Position numbers and translations under genes: made by a program | In this document: positions 46,480 to 57,295 of the stretch, one piece after another | Numbering within the stretch: position 1 is the stretch's first letter | How the letters are laid out: each line of letters starts with the position of its first letter | NCBI GenBank assembly: GCA_963817255.1 | Contig: CAWFNT010000001.1 | Span: forward strand, 67,456 to 131,455 | Source of the DNA: an uncultured Actinomycetes bacterium | Lineage (GTDB): Bacteria; Actinomycetota; Coriobacteriia; Anaerosomatales; CAVRZR01 | Length of the DNA stretch: 64,000 nucleotides | Reading direction: 5' to 3' | The notes under the pieces: model-generated | Databases searched by the model: none | What the model was told of the DNA's origin: nothing | What the model saw: only the letters and a program-made list of their open reading frames with translations

Positions 46480-46992
46480 CTACTGGCCGTGCTTGACCTG
46501 ACGCACTCGGCGGTGCGAGCGGATCACCTGCGAGTCCATTGGCACGATGCTGATCGTGCCATCGACCTCGAGCACCGCTAGGCGCACGTCGCTCACCTTG
46601 TCGAACCCATGCTCGCGGATCGCGGCGTCGAGTTCCTCGGGGGTCACGCCCTCACGTTCGAGGCTCGATGCGACGACCTGACCGTCGTTCACCAGCACCC
46701 TCGGCTCGCCCATCAACCACCGGCTGACACCGCGCTCTCTGCCCGCGATCCGGCCTACGACCCAGTTGACCCCGAACAGCGTGATCGCGGCGACGATCCC
46801 GCCCAGCAACGTGTTGTCCGGTCCGACCATCGCGTTTTGGACGGCGTTCGCGATGAGGAGGACGAACACGAGGTCGAACGGGGTGAACTGGCCGACTTCC
46901 CGCTTTCCCGTCAGCCGAAGACCAAGCACCATCACGGCGTAGACAACGAGCGTTCGCGCGACCACGAGCAAGGACCGGGGTCCCACCGGCAA
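46480..46992 (-). CDS. DUF421/YetF family membrane protein
   Basis: GKREVGQFTPFDLV..AVLEVDGTISI. Confidence 0.9.
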   Translation of the reverse strand: MPVGPRSLLVVARTLVVYAVMVLGLRLTGKREVGQFTPFDLVFVLLIANAVQNAMVGPDNTLLGGIVAAITLFGVNWVVGRIAGRERGVSRWLMGEPRVLVNDGQVVASSLEREGVTPEELDAAIREHGFDKVSDVRLAVLEVDGTISIVPMDSQVIRSHRRVRQVKHGQ

Positions 46993-47047
46993 CGAGCTGG
47001 TGAATCCCTTCCGCGCTCCAGATCGGGCTCACAGGCAGGCCCCCCTC

Positions 47048-47380
47048 TTACGAACCGACGGCTTCGTACGCCTGCCGAACGACGGAGAGCGCCTCATCGA
47101 GTTCGGCATCCGTGCGCAACGGCAGCACCGGCCAAGCCTTCATCTCCATGCCCGCGTTGTACACGAACGGCGCCACGCCCTCACGCGCGTACAGCGCGTC
47201 GGCCTCCTCGGCGGTGGACGCCTTCACGGACACGCCCTGATCGGCGAGGAACGCGAACATCTTGCCGGTGCGAACGTAGCCACGGTGCCCGAAGACCTGC
47301 TTCGCCTTCACCTCAGGCCACTCGGCGACGATCTCGTCGATGGCGCGCTGGCGCGCGTCGAGGTCCTGCTTCGGGCTCAT
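47048..47380 (-). CDS. TfoX/Sxy N-terminal-like protein
   Basis: KQVFGHRGY..GKMFAF..MKAW. Confidence 0.65.
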   Translation of the reverse strand: MSPKQDLDARQRAIDEIVAEWPEVKAKQVFGHRGYVRTGKMFAFLADQGVSVKASTAEEADALYAREGVAPFVYNAGMEMKAWPVLPLRTDAELDEALSVVRQAYEAVGS

Positions 47381-47443
47381 GACCGCCCCTTCCTTGAAGC
47401 GAGACCGCGGACGAGGCGACCTCGTTCCGCCGCACGTCCGTAC

Positions 47444-47878
47444 TCACTTCATCGGCTCGAAGATCAGAAGCTGGTTGCCGTTGTCGTCCAGGAGCGTGAG
47501 CTTGGTGTCCGAACGTTCGTAGCTCGCCGCCTGGTCCAGTAGCTCGAGGTATATCTGCTCGGCGCGCATGGCGTCCTCGGGGCCGGCGATGAGCGTGCTG
47601 CTGAGCGGCCCCGCCGAGAACGCGCCGAGACGCCCGGCCTTGTACGGCCCGCTGTAGCTGTTGACCGCAGACTGCCCGGAGATCTCACCCTTGAGGAACG
47701 TCGCGGTGATCATGAAGTCGGCGGGATCGAGCGAACTCGCCGACCACCCGTCGAGCCGCCATCGGCTCCCGTCGAGCGAGGTACTCCCGCTGAGGAAGTA
47801 GAACGCCGCGACCCCTCCGAGGATCGCGATCACCACGACAGCGACGAGCACCCAGCGCAACGTCTTGGACACGATCAC
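47444..47878 (-). CDS. META domain protein
   Basis: W.L..ISGQSAVNSYSG..STLIAG..KLTL. Confidence 0.85.
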   Translation of the reverse strand: MIVSKTLRWVLVAVVVIAILGGVAAFYFLSGSTSLDGSRWRLDGWSASSLDPADFMITATFLKGEISGQSAVNSYSGPYKAGRLGAFSAGPLSSTLIAGPEDAMRAEQIYLELLDQAASYERSDTKLTLLDDNGNQLLIFEPMK

Positions 47879-48297
47879 TCAGCCTCCATCCAGGCCTCCC
47901 GGAGCCACGCTAGCACTTCCGAGTCGACCTCCTCGGGTTCGTGTAGTTCCAGGTGGTGCGTGAAACGACCGGGAGTCGGCTCGACAACCGACTTCCAGCG
48001 CGGCGAGCCGTCTCGGTGTCGAAGCGCCACCGTGAGAACGAGCGGCGCCGTCGTCCCGCTCAGGTAGCGGTCGGGTGTCCAAGCGAACGCGAAACCCGTC
48101 CGGCGACGAAACGCGACCTGGCTCTTGGAGACCTTCATCTCGGCGGAGCCCGTCGCGTCGACGGCGTCTTGCAGAGCGGTGAAGATCTCTCGGGCCTCGG
48201 GTCGTCCCTCGAAGAACTCGTCCACCGTCACTTCCGGGGTCTCACGGTAGGGTTGTGGCGCTTCTTCCCGTGGGCCAACCGAGTTGCTCGACCTCAT
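47875..48297 (-). CDS. DUF5655 domain protein
   Basis: VSKSQVAFRR..RFTHHL..EVDSEVLAWLREA. Confidence 0.78.
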   Translation of the reverse strand: MRSSNSVGPREEAPQPYRETPEVTVDEFFEGRPEAREIFTALQDAVDATGSAEMKVSKSQVAFRRRTGFAFAWTPDRYLSGTTAPLVLTVALRHRDGSPRWKSVVEPTPGRFTHHLELHEPEEVDSEVLAWLREAWMEAE

Positions 48298-49064
48298 ACG
48301 TCGCCCAACGCCTGGGGCGGCTGGACGTCGTCGTAGATCCTCGCCGAGACGAGCTTGCCGCTGGGTCCGCGCTCGTACGCGGCCGCTCCGGCTTGAGGCG
48401 CGATCGCGTCGGCGCCCCATCGATCCACCATGTACTCGTAGACGACGGTCGTTCCATCGTCGGCGATCGTACCGAGGTGCAGTGCGATCGGGCCGAGCCT
48501 CAGGATGTCGGCATACCACTTCGTGCGGGCCTCGCCGCAGTACACCCACTCCCCGCCCGCCGGCTCGCGAACACATCCGTCGGACTCGAACGCCTCGTCC
48601 GCGGCGGTCGCATCGCCTCGGCCGAGCGCCTCGTGGTAGGCGCCGACAGGCTCTGGCGGACGCTCGGCACGTCCGTACTGCATGAGAGGCGGCCGGACGA
48701 CATGTCTCCCGGTGAGCGGCCACGTGCTGTGGTAGACGCGCAGGTCACGCACGAGGTCGTCCTCGACGTCCGCCACGAGCATCACCGGCAGCTCTCGCTC
48801 CCGGCCATCGATATCGAGGTAGAGCAGGAGTTCGTGGATCACTCGCATCGACGTCACGGTGTCGTGCAGGGGCTCGATTCGCGCCCCGTGGCGGGCGAGC
48901 CACGCACAGGTCTCTGCGACGAACTCGGCGGGCTGCTGACGACCTCCGTACGGCGAGTCGACCGTCGCCTTCGCGCCGAAGACCCTCACCGCGGTCCGGT
49001 CGCCTTCGGCCAGACGCTGGTACAGACTGCGCAGGTCCTGCGCGACCCCGTCGGATGAAGTCAT
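48294..49064 (-). CDS. Tandem NTF2/SnoaL-like domain protein
   Basis: DLRVYHSTWPLTG; YHEAL..FESDGCVREP..ARIYDD. Confidence 0.7.
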   Translation of the reverse strand: MTSSDGVAQDLRSLYQRLAEGDRTAVRVFGAKATVDSPYGGRQQPAEFVAETCAWLARHGARIEPLHDTVTSMRVIHELLLYLDIDGRERELPVMLVADVEDDLVRDLRVYHSTWPLTGRHVVRPPLMQYGRAERPPEPVGAYHEALGRGDATAADEAFESDGCVREPAGGEWVYCGEARTKWYADILRLGPIALHLGTIADDGTTVVYEYMVDRWGADAIAPQAGAAAYERGPSGKLVSARIYDDVQPPQALGDV

Positions 49065-49188
49065 CTGTCGCTCCCGTCGTCGGATTCGGTAGATGGAGTA
49101 TTCCCGCCGGTAATGAATGCGCGCGTACGTCGCCCGTCGGAAGTGGGCAGATACAGGGGGTAGCTGCTCGCGTGAGGAAGGAATCGCC

Positions 49189-49398
49189 ATGAACGTGCTG
49201 GCCAAACAGCTCTCGGAGAAGGTCGGCATCGACGAGGACACAGCGATGAAGGTCGCCGACTACATCGCGCAGAACCTGGACGAGGTCACGGCCGCGGCCA
49301 AGGCGCCGGAGCCGGATCCGCCAATGGAGGACACGGAGGGCACGGGTCCGATGAAGCTCGACGATCCGTGGGTGCTTCGGCAGTCCGATAGCTGCTGA
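49189..49398 (+). CDS. Small hypothetical protein
   Basis: AAGGA RBS; LAKQLSEKVGIDEDTA helical pattern. Confidence 0.5.
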   Translation: MNVLAKQLSEKVGIDEDTAMKVADYIAQNLDEVTAAAKAPEPDPPMEDTEGTGPMKLDDPWVLRQSDSC

Positions 49399-49403
49399 TC
49401 GGC

Positions 49404-50228
49404 GTGGTAGACGGCACGCGGTCGACTACGGGCAACGCGCGGTTGGAGTCGATCCGCGACCGCATTGAAGTGGCGCCGGGCGTGTTCATGCCCCGCCTGG
49501 GTCTAGGTACGTGGCGCGCTTCAGGCGAGGAGGCCGAGGAGGCGATACTCGCCGCGTTCGAACTCGGCTACCGGCTCGTGGACACCTCGGCGAACTACCT
49601 CAACGAAGAGGCGGTTGGCCGAGCGATCGCACGTAGCGGGCTGCCTCGAGAAGACGTGTTCGTCACGACGAAACTCGAGGCGTCCGATCACGGGCGCCAC
49701 GGCGCACCTTCGGCGCTGCGGATGAGCCTGCGTCGGCTCGGTCTCGACTTCGTCGACCTCTACCTCATCCACTGGCCGAACCGCCACGACACGAACGACA
49801 CGTGGATGGCGATGGAGGATGCCCTGCGCGAAGGGCTGACGCGATCGATCGGCGTGAGCAACTTCGAGATCTCCGACCTGGAGCAGCTCTTCGAGACGGC
49901 GACGATCCCGCCTGCCGTCAATCAGGTGAAACTGCATCCACTCGAACAGCGGCGCGATCTGCAGAGGTACTGCCCGGAGCACGGCATCACTCTCGAGGCG
50001 TGGGAGCCGGTCATGCGCGGCCGAGCAGGCCGGGTCCGCGACCTCGTCGAGATCGGCCGTCGCCACGGCAAGACCGGCGAGCAGGTGTCGCTCCGCTGGA
50101 TCCTCCAGAAGGGCGTCATCGCCATCCCGAAGTCGGTGCACGAGGCGAGGTTGCGCGAGAACGCTGACGTCTTCGACTTCGAACTCACCGCCGAAGAGAT
50201 GCGCGAGATCGACGCGCTGGGCGCGTGA
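49404..50228 (+). CDS. Aldo/keto reductase (DkgA-like)
   Basis: MPRLGLGT, DLYLIHWP, SIGVSNF, IPKS. Confidence 0.92.
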   Translation: MVDGTRSTTGNARLESIRDRIEVAPGVFMPRLGLGTWRASGEEAEEAILAAFELGYRLVDTSANYLNEEAVGRAIARSGLPREDVFVTTKLEASDHGRHGAPSALRMSLRRLGLDFVDLYLIHWPNRHDTNDTWMAMEDALREGLTRSIGVSNFEISDLEQLFETATIPPAVNQVKLHPLEQRRDLQRYCPEHGITLEAWEPVMRGRAGRVRDLVEIGRRHGKTGEQVSLRWILQKGVIAIPKSVHEARLRENADVFDFELTAEEMREIDALGA

Positions 50229-50269
50229 GTGCGGGTGGGCGAACGGGCCAACGGCGCTTGGTCGCGCGG

Positions 50270-50674
50270 CTAGTCTCCTAGCAGTCGTACTTGGGGGTAG
50301 GCGCCGTGCGCTCTCGCGTCGGCCGAAACAAGGGGGGCTCGAAGCTGGCTGGCGAGCCCGGCGGAGAACGCGTCGTAGAGCGAGCAGCTGAGGACTTCGC
50401 GCTGTGCGACCGCTGCTGCCACCAGATCCGCTTCGAGGGCAACCACATTGAGTTCCCAGGCGACGAGGTCGTCCCACGCCTGTTCGATACCCCTTGGATG
50501 CCTGTGTCTGGCCAGCACGCCGAGCACCTCATACATGAACAGCCAGTCGACAGCGAGGACGAGTTCGCCTCTGACGTGCGACGCAAGGAGTTGAATGGCC
50601 TCGATCGAGCCCTGCTCGCTGCGGAACCACTTCACTCCCACGGAAGCGTCGAGCACGTAAACCGGGACATCCAT
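50270..50674 (-). CDS. vapC: VapC/PIN-domain toxin
   Basis: VLDASVGVKW, YEV, SLYDA, LVSAD. Confidence 0.88.
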   Translation of the reverse strand: MDVPVYVLDASVGVKWFRSEQGSIEAIQLLASHVRGELVLAVDWLFMYEVLGVLARHRHPRGIEQAWDDLVAWELNVVALEADLVAAAVAQREVLSCSLYDAFSAGLASQLRAPLVSADARAHGAYPQVRLLGD

Positions 50675-50676
50675 TC

Positions 50677-50985
50677 CTAGTACTCAACCAGCTCAGTTGA
50701 CGTGCCGCGCAGTCGGCGAAGCAGTTCGAGACTCGAGGGCTCGTCCGCCGTAGTTGGATCCTCGGCGTACTCCCGCGCAATCCTCTTGGCATCTTCAATG
50801 GCCGCGAGTGCTTCGCGCTGGTACTCATCGTCGTGTGCGCGCTTCCGGGCCTGCGCGAGGTACTCAGCCGTCGCCTGCTGGATGATGCCGCTTCGGCTCG
50901 CGCCTGTACTCTCGGCCATCTGGTCTACGTCTTCGAGAAGCCAATCCGAGATGGCGATGGCAATCCTGCTGGCGGACGGTCCACA
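50677..50985 (-). CDS. Ribbon-helix-helix antitoxin (start uncertain)
   Basis: RIAIAISDWLLEDVDQMA..SRSGIIQQA; ends 2 bp before the toxin start. Confidence 0.75.
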   Translation of the reverse strand, partial: CGPSASRIAIAISDWLLEDVDQMAESTGASRSGIIQQATAEYLAQARKRAHDDEYQREALAAIEDAKRIAREYAEDPTTADEPSSLELLRRLRGTSTELVEY

Positions 50986-51108
50986 ATCGGGTCTGCGGCG
51001 TGTGGGTGGGAGACAGGGGTCGCCCCGGTGCGCCCGGCCAAGGCAGAGACGGGCGGACCCCGCAAGCGGGCTTGCGAATAGTTGCAGGATATGCAAGTCT
51101 ACTTACCG

Positions 51109-52266
51109 ATGATACAGCGCGACTTCTGGATACGCAGGATCGAGGATGCGTGGGAGCATCGCTCCCTCGTGTGGCTCACGGGCGTGCGACGCGTGGGCAA
51201 GACGACGCTCGCGCAGAGTCTGCCAGACGTCGAGTACTTCGACTGCGATCTCGCCCGGGTGCGTCGCGACCTGGAGGATGCCGAGTTGTTCCTGGAGTCC
51301 GTGCGTGGGAAGCGCATCGTGCTCGACGAAGTCCACCGCCTCCGCGACCCGGCAGAGCTGCTCAAAGTCGCGGCCGACCACTTCCCCGATGTCCGCGTCC
51401 TTGCGACCGGCTCGTCCACGCTGCAAGCGACGGCGAAGTTCCGCGATAGCCTGACGGGGCGCAAGACCGAGATCTGGCTCACACCGATGATGAGCGCCGA
51501 TGTCGAAGCATTCGGGGGAGATCTCAAACGCAGGCTCTCGCGAGGGGGGCTGCCGCCCTTCTTCTTGCCCGAGCGGCTCCCTGTCGCCGACTTTCAGGAA
51601 TGGATGGACTCCTACTGGGCGAGGGATGTCCAGGAGCTGTTCAGGATCGAGCGGCGCCCCGCCTTCATGAAGTTGGTGGAACTCATAATCCTGAACAGTG
51701 GGGGATCGTTCGAGGCCACGGCCTACGCGGGTCCGTGTGAGGTGAGCCGACCGACGATCACCTCCTGGCTGAATGTGCTCGAGACGACCAAGGTCGCTCG
51801 GGTTGTCAGACCCTTCTCGACCAGGCGGTCACGAGAGCTGGTCTCAATGCCGAAGGTCTACGCGTTCGACACGGGGTTCGTCGTGGAGTACAGGGGTTGG
51901 CACGAGCCGAGGCCGGACGACTTCGGCATGCTCTGGGAACACTACGTGCTCAACGAGATCGATGCCCGACTGCCGTATGTGGACGTTGGCTACTGGCGCA
52001 CCACCGCGCACAAGGAAGTCGACTTCGTGATCTCCCATCACGGCGCTCGCCCAGTGGCTGTGGAGTGCAAGTGGTCTGCCGATAACGTCGGCAGTCTCCC
52101 AGGACTCGCTGCCTTCCTCACCGCGTATCCGCAGGCAGAGGCCTACCTTGTCGCACCGGACGTTCGCCGCCGCCGTCTGATCAGGGTTCGCGATCGCGAA
52201 GTTGAGCTGACGGACTTGGAAGGACTGTGCGGGACCCTCGCGGAGCGGTTCCCGGCGCACCGATAA
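51109..52266 (+). CDS. AAA_14 ATPase with DUF4143 and PD-(D/E)XK-like C-terminus
   Basis: GVRRVGKTT, LDEVH, ATGSS, PKVYAFDTG, EVDFV..VECK. Confidence 0.88.
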   Translation: MIQRDFWIRRIEDAWEHRSLVWLTGVRRVGKTTLAQSLPDVEYFDCDLARVRRDLEDAELFLESVRGKRIVLDEVHRLRDPAELLKVAADHFPDVRVLATGSSTLQATAKFRDSLTGRKTEIWLTPMMSADVEAFGGDLKRRLSRGGLPPFFLPERLPVADFQEWMDSYWARDVQELFRIERRPAFMKLVELIILNSGGSFEATAYAGPCEVSRPTITSWLNVLETTKVARVVRPFSTRRSRELVSMPKVYAFDTGFVVEYRGWHEPRPDDFGMLWEHYVLNEIDARLPYVDVGYWRTTAHKEVDFVISHHGARPVAVECKWSADNVGSLPGLAAFLTAYPQAEAYLVAPDVRRRRLIRVRDREVELTDLEGLCGTLAERFPAHR

Positions 52267-52420
52267 AGGGTCTGGACGTGCGAGCGAGCGAGAAGCGGTC
52301 GTGTTCGGATAGAGTGCGGATAGTGGGATCAGCATCGGCCGATGTAGGCCTCGGGCTCGAATCCCAGCTGCAGAGCGCGTCCGGGGGCGACAAGGCCACC
52401 AACGACCCTCAGGAGTCCTC

Positions 52421-53731
52421 ATGATCGATCGATACACCCGGCCCGAGATGGGCCGAATCTGGTCGCTCGAGAACAAGTTCGAGATCTGGAAGGAGATCGA
52501 GGTCCTCGCCTGCGAGGCCCAGGCCGAGCTCGGCGTGATCCCGAAGGACGAGGTCGCGGCCATCCGAACGCGCGCGCACTTCGACGTCGAGCGCATCGAG
52601 GAGATCGAACGCGAGACCAACCACGACGTCATCGCGTTCCTCACCAACATGGCCGAGCACATCGGCGAGCCGAGCAAGTGGGTGCACTTCGGCATGACGT
52701 CGAGCGATCTTGGCGACACGGCGCTCTGCTACCAGATGACGCAGGCGCAAGACATCGTCATCGAGGACGTGCACCGGCTGGTGGAGATCTGCACGCGGCG
52801 CGCGATGGAGTTCAAGGACACGTTGTGTGTGGGTCGCACACACGGCATCCACGCCGAGCCGATGACGTTCGGCATGAAATGGGCGGCGTGGGCGCAGGCG
52901 TTCAAGCGTGCCGAAGGGCGCCTCGTCGCGACACGCAAGTTCTCCTGCGCGTGGGGCGCGATCTCGGGCGCGGTGGGCAGCTACTCGAACATCGACCCCT
53001 TCGTGGAGCAGTACGTGTGCGAGAAGCTCGGGCTCCAGCCCGATCCCGCTTCGCAGCAGGTCATCGCACGCGACCGGCACGCGCACGTGCTCGCGGTGCT
53101 CGCGACGGTCGCCGCCACCGCCGAGTGGGTGGCGCAGGAGGTCCGCGCGCTACAGAAGACCGATACCCTCGAGGCCGAGGAGCCGTTCGCGAAGGGACAG
53201 AAAGGGTCCTCGGCGATGCCGCACAAGCGCAACCCCATCACCGCCGAGCGCGTCTGCGGCCTCGCGCGCGTGGTGAAGGCGAATGCGCAGGTGGGCTTCG
53301 ACAACGTGGCGCTCTGGCACGAGCGCGACATCTCGCATTCGTCCGCCGAAAGGGTCGTGCTCGCCGACAGCTTCATCGCAACCGACTACCTGCTCGACAA
53401 GCTTGCCTGGATCCTCGACGAGCTCGTCGTCTATCCCGAGAACATGCTCGCGAACCTCGAGAAGACGCGCGGGCTCATCTACTCCTCGCGCGTGCTGCTC
53501 GCGCTGGTGGGCGCGGGCATGCTCCGAGAGGACGCATACGCGATCGTGCAGCGCGCATCCATGCGCGTGTGGGACGACATCCAGCACAACCGCGCGGGGC
53601 TCACGTTGCGCGAGGTGCTGGTGGCGGATGCGGAGTTCGTGGCCGCGGGCGTGAGTGCCGAGGAGCTCGACGCCGCGTTCGACCCGCGGGAGTTCCTGAA
53701 GCGCGCGGGGGTTGTGTTCGAGAGATTGTAA
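52421..53731 (+). CDS. purB: Adenylosuccinate lyase
   Basis: MIDRY, GRTHGIHAEP, GSSAMPHKRNP, LWHERDISHSSAER. Confidence 0.96.
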   Translation: MIDRYTRPEMGRIWSLENKFEIWKEIEVLACEAQAELGVIPKDEVAAIRTRAHFDVERIEEIERETNHDVIAFLTNMAEHIGEPSKWVHFGMTSSDLGDTALCYQMTQAQDIVIEDVHRLVEICTRRAMEFKDTLCVGRTHGIHAEPMTFGMKWAAWAQAFKRAEGRLVATRKFSCAWGAISGAVGSYSNIDPFVEQYVCEKLGLQPDPASQQVIARDRHAHVLAVLATVAATAEWVAQEVRALQKTDTLEAEEPFAKGQKGSSAMPHKRNPITAERVCGLARVVKANAQVGFDNVALWHERDISHSSAERVVLADSFIATDYLLDKLAWILDELVVYPENMLANLEKTRGLIYSSRVLLALVGAGMLREDAYAIVQRASMRVWDDIQHNRAGLTLREVLVADAEFVAAGVSAEELDAAFDPREFLKRAGVVFERL

Positions 53732-53902
53732 GGGGAGTCGCGCGCGAAGTCGCTTCGACTTCCGGTCGCGGATTGCGCTCCTCCGCGCTGACAAGTGGGG
53801 GGTCGCAGGTCGATCCTTCGCCGCGACCGCCAAGCGGCTGACCAGCCAGTAGGCCTCGCTGAGCGATGCGCTCGACGCGGACGCCGAGGGTAGGCGCCGC
53901 GC

Positions 53903-55039
53903 CTACTCGTCGACGTCGTTCGGAGGCGCGACCGGCTCTGTTGCGGCCGGAGTCCTCAGGGCGTAGGCGCTTCCGCGCGAAAGAATGCCCCCGACAACCC
54001 ATCCGGTGTTGGCGTTGATGAAGCTCATCGCGGTTCCCGAGTCGCTCTCGCCGGCCACCTTGGGCTTCACGACCTTCCAGGACTTGCCGCCGTCTTTGGA
54101 GGTCCAGATCGCATGGCTACCCGCAGAACCGAGGACTCGCACGTCCGAGGCGCCAAAGGCCTGGACCGCATCGTAGTTCTCCTTGCTCGAGTACCGGACA
54201 CGGCGCCAACTTGTGCCGCCGTTCGTCGTCTTGTACAGGCCCATGCCAATGGCGTAGCCCGTGGTCCCGTTGGCGAACCACACGTCCTCGATACTGCCGG
54301 ATAGCCCTGACTTCACCTGCCGCCACGTGCGTCCACCGTCACCCGTGCGAAGCATGATCGACTTCGTCGAGCCGCCAAGGTAGCCGCCTGACACCCAGCC
54401 GCGTTTGGCGTCGACGAAGCGGAGGCCGTTGAGGTGGGTGAGCTTGACGGGAGCGGTGATCTTCTTGTCGGCGTGCTGATCGGAAAGCGTCGATCCGCCA
54501 TTGCTCGTTGTGTAGACCTTGCCTGTGGCCACGAACCAACCCCGGTTCGCGTTCACGAACTGGAACTCCTCGATGCGTGCATCCCGGCGCGTCCAGACGT
54601 GCTTCCAGGTGACGCCGCCGTCCGTAGTGCGGTACAGGCGGAAGTCGTCCCACGAGTAGATGCCCTTCCTGTACTCGCCTTCGGCCAGCGCCCAGCCGCG
54701 CAGTCTGCTCACGAATTGGACCTGCTTCACGTGCAAGCTCCGATTGGGTAGATAGGACACCTTCCACGTGAGCCCGCCATCGGTGGTGTGGTACATGCGC
54801 CCTTTCCACCCACCCGCCCAGCCCTCTTTGGAATTGATGAAGTAGACGCAGTCGGCCCCCTCCTCTACGCCGTCTTGCATGACGTGTGCCGACCACGAGG
54901 CGACCGATGTCGGGATGGCCGACAGCGCCTTCAGGTTCGCGGAAGCTGCCCCTGTTGCCGCGAACACCGCAGCCGATGAAGCGAGCACGATCGAAACGAC
55001 CGTGGCCGAGACAAACCGCCGCGCGTTTCTCGATTCCAT
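53903..55039 (-). CDS. Secreted YCF48/BNR-repeat beta-propeller protein
   Basis: Signal peptide; repeated TTDGGxTW and Fxxxxx-GW. Confidence 0.85.
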   Translation of the reverse strand: MESRNARRFVSATVVSIVLASSAAVFAATGAASANLKALSAIPTSVASWSAHVMQDGVEEGADCVYFINSKEGWAGGWKGRMYHTTDGGLTWKVSYLPNRSLHVKQVQFVSRLRGWALAEGEYRKGIYSWDDFRLYRTTDGGVTWKHVWTRRDARIEEFQFVNANRGWFVATGKVYTTSNGGSTLSDQHADKKITAPVKLTHLNGLRFVDAKRGWVSGGYLGGSTKSIMLRTGDGGRTWRQVKSGLSGSIEDVWFANGTTGYAIGMGLYKTTNGGTSWRRVRYSSKENYDAVQAFGASDVRVLGSAGSHAIWTSKDGGKSWKVVKPKVAGESDSGTAMSFINANTGWVVGGILSRGSAYALRTPAATEPVAPPNDVDE

Positions 55040-55178
55040 GAATCCCTCCGAATGCACAGCCCCTCGTCAATGTGCCGCTATCTTCCCGCCCGCTGCCGGC
55101 ATTCCTGCCTGACCGGCCGCGTGGACGCGCGGAAGGGGGCGGCCTGGCCAGGAGTTTGACGCGGCGTAGACTCTAGGC

Positions 55179-56114
55179 ATGACCACGACACCGGATGACT
55201 TCGACTATCTCGCCGACAGCGAACCGTACGAGCCGTACGAGCCTGACGACGGCGAGTGGTACGAGCTCGACCGCATTCGACGTCGCCGACGCCGCCTGGT
55301 GGGTCTCGTATCGATGCTTCTTCTCGTCGCCTTCGCTGCGTGGACCTTGGGGCAGGCGCACTTCAACCCGCTCCTCATCTTCAATCCCGGCGCACCCGCC
55401 GTGAACGTCGAAGGCCGGCCGGTACCCCGTCCGCCCGAACGGGTTCTCCGCGACGGTACGTGGGAGATCACCTACGAGTTCTGGTACGAGGGCTCCATAC
55501 GGACTGTGATTGCGCGTGTCCCGGAGAAGGACTACGCGACGTCGGAATCTCGACCGTACGACATGGAGGTCACCCCCGGGGAGAACCGGACGACATGGAC
55601 TGAGCGCTACTACACGCGACAGCTCGAGTGGCCCGAGCAGCAACGGGCCGTCGCAGCGCTGCTGCCTCAACTCCGGGCGATCGGCACCTCGATGCACCTC
55701 GGCTCCGATGACTACGTGCGGTTGCTGAACGCCTTCGTGGGGACGATTCCCTACGACACCAAGGAAGCGGCGACAGGCTCGGAGCGGAAGCGTGTCTGCG
55801 GACTGCTCGTCGAGGGCTCCGGCGTCTGCGAGGAGAAGAGCATGCTGCTTGGCGGGATGCTGGCCGCCGAGGGCTATGACGCGGCCCTTCTCCTTCTCGC
55901 GCGCGACGACCACATGGCGGTGGGAGTGCGTTCGGACTCGTACACGTACAAGGGCACTCCGTTCGCGTTCGTCGACGCCGTCGGCGTCACTGTTCACGAG
56001 CGCGCCCTGGAGTATCAGGCGCCGATCGAGGTGGGTCAGGCCGACAAGGCCTACGAGTCGACGCCGCTCGTCGTGCCGTTGACGCGCGGAGGGGCTCGGT
56101 TCGGCAGCGACTGA
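55179..56114 (+). CDS. Membrane-anchored transglutaminase-like cysteine protein
   Basis: Poly-Arg then a TM segment; IPYD, GVCEEKS, HMAVG, FVD. Confidence 0.7.
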   Translation: MTTTPDDFDYLADSEPYEPYEPDDGEWYELDRIRRRRRRLVGLVSMLLLVAFAAWTLGQAHFNPLLIFNPGAPAVNVEGRPVPRPPERVLRDGTWEITYEFWYEGSIRTVIARVPEKDYATSESRPYDMEVTPGENRTTWTERYYTRQLEWPEQQRAVAALLPQLRAIGTSMHLGSDDYVRLLNAFVGTIPYDTKEAATGSERKRVCGLLVEGSGVCEEKSMLLGGMLAAEGYDAALLLLARDDHMAVGVRSDSYTYKGTPFAFVDAVGVTVHERALEYQAPIEVGQADKAYESTPLVVPLTRGGARFGSD

Positions 56115-57089
56115 TCGCCGGGGGGCCGGTTCTGCCTGTCGTATTCGTCGAACGCCAGAGCCGCCGCGCCGAGGATGCCCGCGTCATTGCTGAGCAGCGC
56201 CTGCACGACCTCGACGTCGCACCGACCCGCGAGTGCCTTCTCGGCGATGACCTCGGCTGCGCGTGTGACGAGCATGTCTGCCGACTCGCCGATGCCGCCG
56301 CCCGACCACGATGAGCCGGGGGTTGAGCAGGTTCACGATCCCGACCAGCGCCTCCCCGAGGATGTTGCCGGCTTCGAGTAGTATGTCGCGCGCAACACCG
56401 TCGCCCGCGAGTGCGGCCTGGACGACGTGCTCGGCCGTGACGGCGTCAGGATCCCCGCCGGCGCCGGTTCGAATGGCCTCGCCGCTCTGGGCGCGGGCGG
56501 CTTCTCGCCCGCGCGCTGCGATCGCCGGGCTGCCGAGGTACGACTCGATGTGCCCAGACGCGCCACATGGGCACGGGGGGCCGTCAAGACGCACGAGTAC
56601 GTGCCCGATCTCGCCGGCGAGTCCTCGCGAGCCGCGGTACAGGTCGCCGTCGAGCAGCAGCGCGCCGCCTACGCCGGTGCCGAGCGTGATCATGACGAAG
56701 TTGCGCACGCCCCTGGCCGCGCCGAAGCGCGATTCGCCAATGGCGGCGCAGTGGCCGTCATTGTCGAGGGTGGTGTTCTGGTGGGTGCCCGACATGACGA
56801 GCGCTCGCACGTCGACCCCCGCGAGGGGCAGGTTCGTGCAGAACTCGACCGACTGCTTGAGGAAGTCGATCTGGGCCGGCAGGCCGATGCCGATGCCGGC
56901 GAGCTGGGACGGGTCAGCGACGGCGATCGTCTCGGAGATGAGGTCGATGATCGCGTCGACGACCGAGAGAGCGCCTTTCTTGGGAGTGAGGGTCTGCGTC
57001 CGCTTGACGACTCGGCCCGTGCGCTCCATGAGGCCGGCGGCGATATGCGTCCCCCCGACATCCACTCCAACGGCGTACGTGGCCCGCAC
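56051..57089 (-). CDS. ROK family kinase (glucokinase-like), frameshift near 56305
   Basis: GVDVGGT, DNDGH, TLGTGVGG, GEIGH..CPCGASGHIE, NDAGILGAA. Confidence 0.9.
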
Positions 57090-57295
57090 TACCCCTCCAA
57101 GGTGAAACGGCCGACGACCAGCTACGAGTCGGTGCGACGGTTTCGATGATAGCAGCAGGGGACGCCCGCAAGACGTCGTCGGTCTACGCGCTTGCGCGAC
57201 CGACGTGGCGTGCCGGGGCATAGACCAACTGTGCGGTGTTGCGTAGGGATCGACGTGAGCGCCGTTGGGTGGCCGGACAAGAGGACCGAACTGCT

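Noticed and set aside
53732..53900. ncRNA or REP element after purB
   Set aside because: Only short GC-rich hairpins between convergent genes; not repeated elsewhere in the window.
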